DNA of 64,000 nucleotides, from IMG/VR virus record IMGVR_UViG_3300044712_000123; one strand, 5' to 3'. This document shows, piece after piece, positions 15,858 through 25,411 of this stretch; the stretch's first letter is position 1, and every line of letters starts with the position of its first letter. Position numbers and translations under genes: made by a program. The notes beneath the pieces were generated by a model. It was not told the DNA's origin, did not search any database, and saw only the letters and a program-made list of their open reading frames with translations. The stretch is from a virus. Lineage: Duplodnaviria > Heunggongvirae > Uroviricota > Caudoviricetes.

Positions 15858-18099
15858 CTTCGCCTACTTTAGCTGTTAATTTCTGTGAGACTTCGAAAGC
15901 AATCTCACCGTTCTCAACCACCACATTGACTGATGCATTCTTGATGCGCTCAAACAAGATTTTCTTCGAGAGAGGTACACGTACCAACTCGTCAATCTTA
16001 CGTGCAAGAGGTCTAGCACCCATCTTCTTATCGTAACCCTTTTCAGCAAGATACTCAACTGCTGGTTCGCTGAGGTTAAGTACGATGCTGTGCTTCTCAA
16101 GCAATTGCTTCTTCAAGTCTTCGGTGAACTTGATAACAATTTTCTTGATAGCAAGTTGATCCAATTTACCAAACTTACAGACCAAGTCAAGACGGTTTCT
16201 GAATTCAGGCTTAAAGAACTCTTTCATTGCTTTGTCGTCTTCACCAGTCTTTTCAGTACTACCGAAGCCGATATTAGCACGTTCACTGTCAGCACTACCC
16301 AAGTTACTAGTCAAGATAATGATAGTATTCTTACAAGATACTTTCTTACCATTACTACCAGTGATTGTACCTTCGTCAAGCATCTGCAAGAAGATGTTGA
16401 AGATATCAGGGTGAGCCTTTTCAACTTCGTCAAACAACATGATAGCGTGAGGGTTCTTACTCAAGTCGCCGATCAAACGACCACCACCAACTTGACTGTC
16501 ACCGAAGCCAACATATCCAGGGGGAGGTCCGATCAAACTGGACACAGAATGTTTCTCTGAATACTCTGACATATCGTACTTGAGCAAAGGCATGTCAAGA
16601 TTCTTACTCAACAACTTAGCAAGTTCAGTTTTACCTGTACCTGTTGGGCCCAAGAACAAGAAACTAGCTTGAGGCTTAGTCTCATTACCGATTCCTGCGT
16701 ATGAAACATACACACGTTCCAACACTTGTTGAACTGTTTCGTCTTGTCCGTACAACTTGCCCTTGATATTTGTATCAAGATTTTGAATCAAGTCTAGGTT
16801 ATCACCTTTGAGTTTGTCTGCCGGAACACCAGTAAACTTCTCAACTTGATCGTACACAAGTTCCTTAGTGATGACAGCATCTTTGTTACCTGCAACACGT
16901 TGTTTAGCACATGCGGCATCCAACAAGTCGATACTCTTATCAGGGTTCTTACGTTCGTGAATGTAACGACCTGACATTTCAACTGCTGCCTTGACTGCAT
17001 CGTCAGTGATATTAACACTGTGGAACTCGTTCAGTCGTGCTGCCAGGCCACTCAAGATACGAATAGTAGATTCGTTGCTTGGTTCGTCAACTGACACACG
17101 ATAGAATCGGCGCATCAAAGCACGATCCTTCTCGAATGATTCGTAGTATTCTTCCCAAGTTGTACTTGCGATAACTTTCAGTGTGCCTTTAGTGATCGCT
17201 GGCTTAATCATGTTTGCAAAGTCGATTGAACCACTGTTGGCTGCACCTGCACCTTGCATAGTGTGTGCTTCGTCAATGAACAAGATAGCTTTCTTTTTGG
17301 TGTTCAATGCCTCAAGAACATTCTTGACTTTTTCTTCGAAGTCACCGCGATACTTTGAACCGGCAAGCAGTGAACCAATCTCAAGACTGTACAATTCATA
17401 ATCGTGTAAGAACTCAGGGCATTCTTTGTCAAAGATTTGTTGAGCGAGACCTTCTGCGATAGCAGTCTTACCGACACCAGGGTCACCAACCATCAATACG
17501 TTTGATTTGAACTTCTTGGCCAAAACGTTAACAATGTCGTCAACTTCTTTAGCACGACCGATCATTGGCTCAAGTTTACCTTGCTTAGCCAAGTCAGTTA
17601 GATTGATCGTGTATTCTTCAAGGATTTCGTCTGCTTGATTATCTGTCAAGCTAGTTGTATATTCTTCACCCTTGTAAGTTTTTTGCCAGTGAACAACAAA
17701 CTCATTCTTAGCGACACCGTACTTCAATAGGAAGTAGTGTGCATGGCTGTTACCTTCACTCATGATACTGAGATACAAGTCTACTGTAGTAACTTGTCTG
17801 CGACCAGTGAACAACACTTGTGTAATACTGCGATTCATCACACGCTCCAAGCTCAATGTCTTGCGGGTAATGTTATCTGGATCTTGTGATACGATTGCAT
17901 GAAGACTATCGATGTATGCAGTTACATCATTAATCATTGAATCAGAATCTGCTCCGAAGTTGTCCAAACACTTTTTGAATGGTTTGTGACTGACAAGTGC
18001 TAAAAGCAAATGTTCTACTGTGCAATATTGATGCTTTCGGTCTTGTGCAAAGACAATAGCTTGTTCAATAATGCTCTCGATTTCGGGTGAATTGTTCAT
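15835..18099 (-). CDS. clpA: ClpA-type AAA+ chaperone/protease subunit
   Basis: Start ATG 18099 (AAGGAG RBS). Clp N-domain (HQYCTVEHLLLAL); Walker A GDPGVGKT and GPTGTGKT; Walker B LFIDEAH and LFDEVEK; ClpP-docking IGF loop (ANIGFGS); no ClpB middle domain. Confidence 0.9.
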   Translation of the reverse strand: MNNSPEIESIIEQAIVFAQDRKHQYCTVEHLLLALVSHKPFKKCLDNFGADSDSMINDVTAYIDSLHAIVSQDPDNITRKTLSLERVMNRSITQVLFTGRRQVTTVDLYLSIMSEGNSHAHYFLLKYGVAKNEFVVHWQKTYKGEEYTTSLTDNQADEILEEYTINLTDLAKQGKLEPMIGRAKEVDDIVNVLAKKFKSNVLMVGDPGVGKTAIAEGLAQQIFDKECPEFLHDYELYSLEIGSLLAGSKYRGDFEEKVKNVLEALNTKKKAILFIDEAHTMQGAGAANSGSIDFANMIKPAITKGTLKVIASTTWEEYYESFEKDRALMRRFYRVSVDEPSNESTIRILSGLAARLNEFHSVNITDDAVKAAVEMSGRYIHERKNPDKSIDLLDAACAKQRVAGNKDAVITKELVYDQVEKFTGVPADKLKGDNLDLIQNLDTNIKGKLYGQDETVQQVLERVYVSYAGIGNETKPQASFLFLGPTGTGKTELAKLLSKNLDMPLLKYDMSEYSEKHSVSSLIGPPPGYVGFGDSQVGGGRLIGDLSKNPHAIMLFDEVEKAHPDIFNIFLQMLDEGTITGSNGKKVSCKNTIIILTSNLGSADSERANIGFGSTEKTGEDDKAMKEFFKPEFRNRLDLVCKFGKLDQLAIKKIVIKFTEDLKKQLLEKHSIVLNLSEPAVEYLAEKGYDKKMGARPLARKIDELVRVPLSKKILFERIKNASVNVVVENGEIAFEVSQKLTAKVGEDGIIEVS

Positions 18100-18100
18100 T

Positions 18101-18892
18101 TTACTCCTTAGCTTTCTTAATAGCGTTAATGATCTGTTCGTCAATTATAGCAGGCACGAACGGTTTTAGCAATATTATTTGGTCTCCAAACAATACTGTT
18201 CCTGGTTTTGGTAACCCATGTCCTGCAACTTTTAGTTGCATATGGGGCTGAGTCATCGGCGGCACTGTAACTTCCAATGTTTTCCCACTCAAAGTAGTAA
18301 ACTCAAAACTAGTGCCCACAATCAAATCAAGTACAGAAACTGGGTGATTACAGTATAGGTCGGAACCTCGTCTATCATACTTTAGGTGAGGATGAATCCT
18401 AAACTCTACAATGAGAGAAGCGCCGTCCAGTACATTATCGATGCGGACCTGATGACCGTCATTGATACCTTTGGGTACTTCTACTTTTACGGGTTTAGTT
18501 GTAGTGGGTGTTTGTAGATTGATAATCTGTTCACCACCGTAATATACTTGTTCCAAAGTGATAGCAATCGTGGTTCTAAATATTTGCTGTTGCGGCCTAC
18601 GTTGCTGTTGTCTGTTAAACATTTCAAAAATGTCTTCAAAGCTGCCACCATTTGTATGAAACTGAAAACCTCCGGGGAAGCCACCAAACGGATTACCTTG
18701 TGGCATTGGGTTATCATACTCTTGACGTTTTTGTGGGTTTGAAAGAATGTCGTATGCAGTTTGAATCTTTTGAAAGATAGCAGTATCACCACCCTTATCA
18801 GGGTGATGCTTACTTGCTAATTTGCGATATGCTTTTTTGATTTCGTCAGGTGTAGCTGTTTTAGCTACCCCGAGAGTTTGATAATGTTCCAT
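18101..18892 (-). CDS. dnaJ: DnaJ/CbpA-type co-chaperone (no Zn finger)
   Basis: J-domain YQTLGV..IKKAYRKLASKHHPDKGGD, G/F-rich linker, C-terminal RRGSDLY..VSVLDLIVG domain. Confidence 0.9.
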   Translation of the reverse strand: MEHYQTLGVAKTATPDEIKKAYRKLASKHHPDKGGDTAIFQKIQTAYDILSNPQKRQEYDNPMPQGNPFGGFPGGFQFHTNGGSFEDIFEMFNRQQQRRPQQQIFRTTIAITLEQVYYGGEQIINLQTPTTTKPVKVEVPKGINDGHQVRIDNVLDGASLIVEFRIHPHLKYDRRGSDLYCNHPVSVLDLIVGTSFEFTTLSGKTLEVTVPPMTQPHMQLKVAGHGLPKPGTVLFGDQIILLKPFVPAIIDEQIINAIKKAKE

Positions 18893-18923
18893 TAAGTGAG
18901 TTTAGCACTTAACTAGATATTTG

Positions 18924-19529
18924 TCAAGCCGCGCCTGCGACCTTTTCTTTCGTTCTGCCGTATGCTGCGATACCTAGAACTGCTCCCATTGCGATGTGGT
19001 AAAGACCAGCACCCTGTAGAGTCAACGGCATCCATTGACTTGTTACGTTGCCCTTACTTAATGCTTGTAGCAATGACCATAAGATCGGGAATACAACAAA
19101 GTCTGCTGTACAGGTCATCATGTAGACCCATCCCATAACAGGACGCCATTTCTTATTGATCCAATCAGTAGAATCTTTATCGTGTGCTACCAGTACATCT
19201 GCCCCTTGTGCAGCATTTGATCCGGCTGCATTGAGATTGGGTTGTGGTTGTGGTTGTGGTTGCTGTAAACTTCCGAAATTACCGACTGCGGTTGATTGGA
19301 AGCTGGGGCTTGGTGAACCAAAATTACCGGATGAGCCGAAGCCTCCTGTTGATGAAGAGCCAAATGCTGAAGGCCCGCTAGATGATGTGTTGAATGCATT
19401 AGAGCCTCCAAATGTACTTCCTTGAGGGAAAGCAGATACTGTTGGATCTGCTGATAGTGCTTCGTGATGCTCATCATCCGTAGCAATTGGTGTTTCTTGT
19501 CCTGCTCGTCTAGCTAATAGTGTTTCCAT
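18924..19529 (-). CDS. Holin of 3TMs family protein with low-complexity N-terminus
   Basis: Likely start 19529 (METLLARR). Ser/Gly/Phe-rich N-terminus; DWINKKWRPVMGW..FPILW..LYHIAMGAVLGIAAYGRTKEK is the family pattern. Confidence 0.7.
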   Translation of the reverse strand: METLLARRAGQETPIATDDEHHEALSADPTVSAFPQGSTFGGSNAFNTSSSGPSAFGSSSTGGFGSSGNFGSPSPSFQSTAVGNFGSLQQPQPQPQPNLNAAGSNAAQGADVLVAHDKDSTDWINKKWRPVMGWVYMMTCTADFVVFPILWSLLQALSKGNVTSQWMPLTLQGAGLYHIAMGAVLGIAAYGRTKEKVAGAA

Positions 19530-19530
19530 A

Positions 19531-20136
19531 TTATAATCCTGCCATTGCTTTGAATGAACGCAATTCTGCGTCTTGTTCTGTAAATAGATTCTTTGGAGAG
19601 ATACCTGCAGCGATTCGCATCTCATTCATTTCTTCTTGATCTGCTTCTTCAGGTTCTTCATCAGTGTCAATACTATCTTCACCGTCATCTTCTTCGTCCC
19701 CGTTTTCTTCACGGTATTCATGAGGACTAAGAACCATCAAACTCTTTAATAGTTCTTCATCAGGTGTGTATTCTTTTTCTTCAATCTCAATAGTCCAATC
19801 GTCTAATGAGAAGGATGTGAGCGTTTCTAAGTCTTCTAATAATTCTATGATTCGTGCAGGTGCTGTTGAACGACGGTTCATCTCAACAAAAACTACGTAC
19901 TTACCAATTGCAAGTTCACCTTCGCTTAAACTAGCATCTAAGATAAAGCTGTAACCACGCTCGAACCACTCAACTAAGTCATTACCAGCAGCTTCGCTAT
20001 TGACTATAAAAGCTAATGTAATTACGTGTGCATTATCACCCATCTTAGCTACGTACTCATCGACGGTAACCATAGGCTCCATTTGACCAACCAAATCTTG
20101 ATAATCTAAGCCTTCATTAATTATTTGTCTTGTCAT
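19531..20136 (-). CDS. Hypothetical protein with acidic C-terminus
   Basis: Starts MTRQIINE; acidic tail; in operon. Confidence 0.65.
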   Translation of the reverse strand: MTRQIINEGLDYQDLVGQMEPMVTVDEYVAKMGDNAHVITLAFIVNSEAAGNDLVEWFERGYSFILDASLSEGELAIGKYVVFVEMNRRSTAPARIIELLEDLETLTSFSLDDWTIEIEEKEYTPDEELLKSLMVLSPHEYREENGDEEDDGEDSIDTDEEPEEADQEEMNEMRIAAGISPKNLFTEQDAELRSFKAMAGL

Positions 20137-20145
20137 TTGTTATCC

Positions 20146-20748
20146 TTAGATTGGAGGTTGTTCTGGCATTTGACCAGGTTCATTCATTTGCCCCATGCCC
20201 TGATCTTGTTGATTATCTTCTTCCATGTTATCGTCTTTATCTAGATCGTCATCGTATGCATCATCCAACTCACCTAGATCAAGGTCTTTACCTGCTAAGT
20301 CAATTGAACCTTCACGAATTTCATCTAGTAATTCATTTGGAATTTCGATAAGCACAAACCAAACTGGGCGCTCTTGCATCTTGGGGTAACGAGTTCCAGC
20401 TACATAATCGTCATAGTCTTTGATTTCAACTGGAACTTTTATTTTGCTCTTAGCAAATCTGACTTTACACCCAACGGATGCTAGTCTTTTACCTCCCTTT
20501 GGATCGGGCATTAATTTGTAGGGCCACATAAAGGTACATGACACTGAGTAACGTTTTACATCAGGTCCTTGTACTAATTCACCTAAGTCCCAGTTTCTAA
20601 ATGCATATAGGTCTGCTTCATCCAAAACTCGCTCGAAGTCAAGGAGAGTGGACATTGAACCATCACTGGTATAAATGCCCTTGATTGTGTCTATGATACT
20701 TACATAGTCCACACTGTCAAAAAAGTTGTCTGCGGTTTCGTGCTTCAT
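20146..20748 (-). CDS. Hypothetical protein
   Basis: 200-aa ORF directly downstream of GATAAATA (20754-20761). Confidence 0.65.
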   Translation of the reverse strand: MKHETADNFFDSVDYVSIIDTIKGIYTSDGSMSTLLDFERVLDEADLYAFRNWDLGELVQGPDVKRYSVSCTFMWPYKLMPDPKGGKRLASVGCKVRFAKSKIKVPVEIKDYDDYVAGTRYPKMQERPVWFVLIEIPNELLDEIREGSIDLAGKDLDLGELDDAYDDDLDKDDNMEEDNQQDQGMGQMNEPGQMPEQPPI

Positions 20749-20753
20749 TATAC

Positions 20754-20761
20754 TATTTATC
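20754..20761 (-). promoter_or_regulatory. Putative late promoter GATAAATA
   Basis: 5 nt upstream of ATG 20748. Confidence 0.55.
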
Positions 20762-20875
20762 TTTCATTGTATATATGAACGTTTAACCACAGTCGATATA
20801 AATTATCACGGAGCCTAATATTTAGTCAGAATTTTTGTGTTAAAAGTACGCTACATTACACACTCTTCCCGACCT

Positions 20876-20904
20876 TAAATATCTTTGAGTGTTATGAGCA
20901 CTCA
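20876..20904 (+). promoter_or_regulatory. Late promoter TAAATA + 5' UTR hairpin of phoH
   Basis: TAAATA at 20876-81; TGAGTG/CACTCA stem at 20886-20904; AGGAG RBS follows. Confidence 0.5.
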
Positions 20905-20926
20905 CGCTCTACAAAGGAGAAGTAAC

Positions 20927-21718
20927 TTGAGCAAACGCAAAACTAGCGCCCTACGCACCCAACAGCAAGACACACGATTCACACAGGACAAAAAACACAA
21001 CGGACAAACTTTTTATACGAAAGAATCTAAGACTATCGATTTCGCACAAGCACAACGGGACTTAAAGGTCAATAAGCGACCAGTCCAACTTATCCCCAAA
21101 TCATTAAATCAAGAGAAATACATCCTAGCATTGCTAGACGAACACATTGATATTGTTGTCGTCGGCGGACCAGCTGGAACGGGCAAGACCTATCTAGCAA
21201 TGCAAGCTGCAATTAAAGCTATGAGAGCAGGTGAGTGTGATAGAATTATCCTTACTCGCCCTGCAGTAGGTGTAGATGACGAGAAGCATGGATTCTTGCC
21301 AGGTGACTTAAATCAAAAGATGGAACCTTGGACAAGACCTTTGTTAGACGTACTCAGAGAATATTACACAGCAGCGGAAATCGCCCACATGCTAGAAGAA
21401 CAAATTGTAGAAATCGCACCCCTAGCATTCTGTCGAGGTCGAAACTTTAAAAATAGCTGGATCGTATTAGATGAGGCACAGAATGCAACTCCTAGTCAAC
21501 TCAAAATGATTATGACTAGAATCGGCGTTGGCAGTAAGATTGTAATTACTGGCGACATTGAACAAGCCGATAGAAAAACAGCCGACAATGGGCTACTTGA
21601 CTTACAAAATCGATTGGGAAAGGGGGTGATTCCGGGTCTTCAACTATGCCACTTTGATATCAAAGATGTGCAGAGACACCGGATCATCGAACACGTACTC
21701 AACTTGTACGGTCAATAA
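20927..21718 (+). CDS. phoH: PhoH-family ATPase
   Basis: TTG start after AAGGAG. GPAGTGKT Walker A, IILTRPAV, GFLPGDL, EIAPLAFCRGR, LDEAQN, TGDIEQAD. Confidence 0.92.
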   Translation: MSKRKTSALRTQQQDTRFTQDKKHNGQTFYTKESKTIDFAQAQRDLKVNKRPVQLIPKSLNQEKYILALLDEHIDIVVVGGPAGTGKTYLAMQAAIKAMRAGECDRIILTRPAVGVDDEKHGFLPGDLNQKMEPWTRPLLDVLREYYTAAEIAHMLEEQIVEIAPLAFCRGRNFKNSWIVLDEAQNATPSQLKMIMTRIGVGSKIVITGDIEQADRKTADNGLLDLQNRLGKGVIPGLQLCHFDIKDVQRHRIIEHVLNLYGQ

Positions 21719-21743
21719 AAAAGAGGGCTTATGCCCTCTTTTT
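21717..21743. terminator. Bidirectional Rho-independent terminator
   Basis: AAAAAAGAGGGC-TTAT-GCCCTCTTTTT between convergent genes. Confidence 0.9.
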
Positions 21744-22626
21744 ATATTATTTCCCAACTCAACACTTTAGTGGCTGCTATCTTATTTCTAAAAACATGCC
21801 TTTCAGTAATTGTTTTTGGAATAGCATAATCTACTTCACTTATAACTATACTCGATAGACTTCCTATCTTAACATATCCAAAAGCAATCTTTGGATCGTC
21901 AATCTCCATTCCCCAAAATTCTTTACCACGTTTATCATAGAATGATTTCCATACTGTTGGGTTTATGTAAAAATCATCAGTGAAATGCATTCGGACGCTG
22001 GCTGAATAGCTATGCTGCGGGATAAATTGATCCGACGGACAAATTGTATCTCTTGCTAAGAATAGCTCATGTGCATGTCTACCAATGTGTGTATAGTGAA
22101 GTTTTAAATCACCAAATAGTGTATGGGGATCAAACAACTTATACGCAGATTCCGGTAGTTCACTGAAGCCTGTATTAGATTTATTAAAATCTAGAGTAAT
22201 TCTAAATAACCCAGACTCTGAAATGTTAGCGTTTCCCCAACGCATTTTTGCAGTAGATTCAATCCAATGAATAAGGTCATTGTACTCAGTTAGTACTGAC
22301 CATATATCAATATACTTTTCGTCATTCTTCAATTCTGGAAAATGCACATGCATAGTATTGATTGCATCTTGATAGTTATCTTTAGTAATCTCTACCTTAA
22401 TTACTCTGTCAGTTACATGGGCATTAATAATGTCTGCTAATTCATACAAGCGTTGTATGCGGTCACTAAGGTGTTGATCTGGAACATAGCCGATATAATG
22501 ATTGATGGGACAACAATCATTAATAGTTCGTGCTTTTATCTTGTTAGTCCAATCATCAACAACCTCTTCGTTTACTAAATCATATATTAAAGTTATGTCA
22601 TCCGTAAAATTAATTTTGAACTGCAT
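21742..22626 (-). CDS. Hypothetical protein
   Basis: 294-aa ORF in operon; no motif recognised. Confidence 0.6.
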   Translation of the reverse strand: MQFKINFTDDITLIYDLVNEEVVDDWTNKIKARTINDCCPINHYIGYVPDQHLSDRIQRLYELADIINAHVTDRVIKVEITKDNYQDAINTMHVHFPELKNDEKYIDIWSVLTEYNDLIHWIESTAKMRWGNANISESGLFRITLDFNKSNTGFSELPESAYKLFDPHTLFGDLKLHYTHIGRHAHELFLARDTICPSDQFIPQHSYSASVRMHFTDDFYINPTVWKSFYDKRGKEFWGMEIDDPKIAFGYVKIGSLSSIVISEVDYAIPKTITERHVFRNKIAATKVLSWEII

Positions 22627-22867
22627 TGTTCTTCTCTAGTTGATCTATCAATGCCGGATAAACCTTCTTGTAGTACTCTGACATTTTCTCAAAGTCAGTA
22701 TCAACTTTTTTCCCTTCAATGACGCACTTATCAACCTTCTGTTTCTGATAGTCGATGATAACACTACAGGTTTGAATGTCAGAAACTTTGACTTTCTTTG
22801 ATACTGTTACTTGTTCGTCAATCTGTCCACCTGGCTTACGCAGGTATGTAATTAGTAAATATCTCAT
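22610..22867 (-). CDS. Hypothetical protein
   Basis: 85 aa; ATGA-coupled to the clamp loader gene. Confidence 0.6.
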   Translation of the reverse strand: MRYLLITYLRKPGGQIDEQVTVSKKVKVSDIQTCSVIIDYQKQKVDKCVIEGKKVDTDFEKMSEYYKKVYPALIDQLEKNNAVQN

Positions 22868-23790
22868 GATGTTAGTTCCACTAGTGTTGCTGCCAATGAA
22901 ATCTCAGGGATTCCAACTAGAGGCAGTTGTGCAAGACCGTTTCTGATTGTAATGATGCTTGCGTCTTTTCGTTCTTGATCCTTACCCCACAAATCCAAGT
23001 TATCGTACATCCACTTGTAAGTGTCTTCGATACGAGTTGGATAAAGTGCGATATATTGCATTAACTGTTGTCTTCCTTCAAGAACTTTGCCCGATTTGAA
23101 CAACTGTGTTGCATCAATCAATAGTTCATGTTCACTAGAACCTTCAGCAAGAGGTGCAATCAACTTACCTGAGCTACTGTTCACTTGTAATTGATTCAAG
23201 CACTTGCGCAAGTCAGGATATGAAACACGAACATAGCTGTCTAGTACGTCTAAATCAAAGTCGATACCTTCTGTAACCAGTACAGTTGCGGCTCGTGCAG
23301 TGAATTCAGTACGATCTGGCTTGCTGATATGAACTTTGTGACAACGTGATTCACGCAATGCAGGGATAATCTTGTGTTCGTAGTTACAAGTCAAGATGAA
23401 ACGAACAGTTTCAGCATATGCTTCCATATCGTTACGCAACGCAGCCTGAAATTCTGCTGAGGTATAGTCAGCTTCGTCTAGTAGGATGATCTTGAACTTA
23501 CCAAAAGGCATTGTTTGTGCGAATGTACCAATCTTGTTACGCACGATATCAACACCGTTCTCACGTGATGCGTTGATTTCTAGAACGTCATAGTCTTCTA
23601 CACCAAGTTCATTGATTAGAACCTTTGCAAGTGTGGTCTTACCAGTACCCGGATCACCACTCAATAGCAAGTGAGGAATCATTCCATCAGTTACCCAACC
23701 TTCTACTTGCTTCTTCAATCGTTCGTCAACGAAAACGTAGTCACTAACTGACTTCGGACGATACTTTTCTACCCAGAGTTGATTCTTCAT
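22864..23790 (-). CDS. Sliding-clamp loader large subunit (T4 gp44/RFC-like)
   Basis: LWVEKYRPK, GDPGTGKT, INASRENG, KIILLDEADY, RFILTCN, LRESRC (SRC arginine finger). Confidence 0.92.
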   Translation of the reverse strand: MKNQLWVEKYRPKSVSDYVFVDERLKKQVEGWVTDGMIPHLLLSGDPGTGKTTLAKVLINELGVEDYDVLEINASRENGVDIVRNKIGTFAQTMPFGKFKIILLDEADYTSAEFQAALRNDMEAYAETVRFILTCNYEHKIIPALRESRCHKVHISKPDRTEFTARAATVLVTEGIDFDLDVLDSYVRVSYPDLRKCLNQLQVNSSSGKLIAPLAEGSSEHELLIDATQLFKSGKVLEGRQQLMQYIALYPTRIEDTYKWMYDNLDLWGKDQERKDASIITIRNGLAQLPLVGIPEISLAATLVELTS

Positions 23791-24116
23791 CGCTTTAATG
23801 CTTCCATAGTTACAATATGACCTAATTCTTGTCCCAAGTCTTTGTCGCTTGAGATTACATACAATGTATTCTGATTTCTGTCGGTGCTCTCATTGTAGCT
23901 ACGTAGTTCTACTACAGTACCACCGTTTGCATTATACAATGCAAAATTTGTGCTCGGGGAACGCAGTCCTTCATCCCTAGACACACGAGGGCGACCAGTT
24001 GATAATCCACCGACGACTTTATTTGCGTACATGGGCTCTGACTCTGCACCTTCGTTTTGAGATTCTTGCCACGCTTGTTTGCATTTATTAGCAAACCACT
24101 TATCAAACCATTTCAT
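23787..24116 (-). CDS. Hypothetical protein
   Basis: 109 aa, coupled in operon. Confidence 0.6.
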   Translation of the reverse strand: MKWFDKWFANKCKQAWQESQNEGAESEPMYANKVVGGLSTGRPRVSRDEGLRSPSTNFALYNANGGTVVELRSYNESTDRNQNTLYVISSDKDLGQELGHIVTMEALKR

Positions 24117-24117
24117 A

Positions 24118-24495
24118 TTAATATACCTGTGTGCTCATTGTTTCGTCATACATCGGCTCGTCTGATACTAATAGTATATCTTTAGGATCGACTTTACGCA
24201 ATGTTTGTTTACCCGAAGGAGTCTCGACAGTGATACCACGAGTCCAGCGACCATGGCTGATAAGAATGTACTTACCAATTGCATATTGAGGGTCATTTTG
24301 ATCTGGGCCTAGACCATAAATCTTTGCCCAGCGTGGACGAATACCTGCAGACTTTTTATCATCATTCATTAAGATGATACCACCATTGGTGATACGATCC
24401 TCAAAACTCATTTCGGATACGATAACGTGGTCACGAAAGAACTTTAGACTGTCCACTTTTGTAGGACTGAATGCTGGTTTACTGAATTCGCTCAT
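24118..24495 (-). CDS. groES: GroES-like co-chaperonin
   Basis: RDHVIV..ITNGGIILM mobile loop, AKIYGLGP, ILLV pattern. Confidence 0.75.
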   Translation of the reverse strand: MSEFSKPAFSPTKVDSLKFFRDHVIVSEMSFEDRITNGGIILMNDDKKSAGIRPRWAKIYGLGPDQNDPQYAIGKYILISHGRWTRGITVETPSGKQTLRKVDPKDILLVSDEPMYDETMSTQVY

Positions 24496-24848
24496 TTTTT
24501 ACCTTTTTTCAACTGTTCCATTTCCATTGCCTTGATCTGTTCTACTACTTCATCATCATCAAGTTCTCGATCTAAATCAATTTCATGTTTAGACAATTCT
24601 TCTTTAGGAATTGTTTTTGTAGCGACAGGTTGTTGTACCTTGTTTGCAGTTCTTTGTTGATGTTGAACAGTCTTAGCGTATTGCTCGTTTACTTTAGCTG
24701 TAGCTGGTTTGATGATTCGACCTTGAGAGTCAATCGAATCTCCGCGGGCATTGACACCCATGTTGCCAACGGCTCTTGTTTTTTCATTTCTTGCAGCTAA
24801 TGCTGCCATATCAACGGACTTACCCATTGCTGTACGATAATTTGACAT
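24492..24848 (-). CDS. Hypothetical protein
   Basis: 118 aa; YRTAMGKSVDMAAL..AVGNMGVNARGD motif; AGGA RBS. Confidence 0.6.
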   Translation of the reverse strand: MSNYRTAMGKSVDMAALAARNEKTRAVGNMGVNARGDSIDSQGRIIKPATAKVNEQYAKTVQHQQRTANKVQQPVATKTIPKEELSKHEIDLDRELDDDEVVEQIKAMEMEQLKKGKK

Positions 24849-24857
24849 ACGTTTTCC

Positions 24858-25367
24858 TTATTTTAAAAACTCATCTATGGATAATCCATAGTACAGACTA
24901 TTTATCCTATGTATTCCTATCAAAAACAATACATAGCTGGCCACACTACTACCGCGACCTACTCCCCAGAGTACGTTCTTTTCACGCATTGTATCAACAA
25001 GATACTTCAAGTAACAGAGCAAAGGGAACATTTCACGTTCTTGGAACATGAGAAGTTCTTGTCCTGCTCGTTGTAGTTCTTCTTCTGTCTTGCACTTATC
25101 CAAAACAAACTTAGCAATATCAAAGTTTCTGTATTCTTCGGGCATGTACCAAGTTGACTGTCTCAATTCATCGAACTTAGCAACCGAAAGATCGGATTCA
25201 ATGTATTCTACTAGTCTGGGGATGTTTTCTTCTGTGATGATAGTGTCATCGAAGTTTATGTTCCGATCAACGAATGCACCATTGATGATACGGGTAGGAT
25301 CTTGCATGAATAAATCACACAAGTCTGATTCGTTTAGAATTTGTTGACCGTAAATATCTGTTCGCAT
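24858..25367 (-). CDS. Stand-alone fragment of DNA polymerase III alpha (DnaE-like)
   Basis: ELLMF..YLVDTMREKNVLWGVGRGSSVASYVLFLIGIHRINSLYYGLSIDEFL matches DnaE 'GPGRGSAAGSLV..LGIT..DPL..L.FERFL'; ends before the catalytic DxD. Confidence 0.8.
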   Translation of the reverse strand: MRTDIYGQQILNESDLCDLFMQDPTRIINGAFVDRNINFDDTIITEENIPRLVEYIESDLSVAKFDELRQSTWYMPEEYRNFDIAKFVLDKCKTEEELQRAGQELLMFQEREMFPLLCYLKYLVDTMREKNVLWGVGRGSSVASYVLFLIGIHRINSLYYGLSIDEFLK

Positions 25368-25411
25368 TTAACGATGATAACATAGTTGCTCTATGAAAGC
25401 AACAACATTGG

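Noticed and set aside
16090-16560. Plus-strand ORFs inside clpA and other long genes (also 48347..48877, 47437..47790, 11504..11854)
   Set aside because: Fully antisense to well-supported genes, with no motifs or translation signals.
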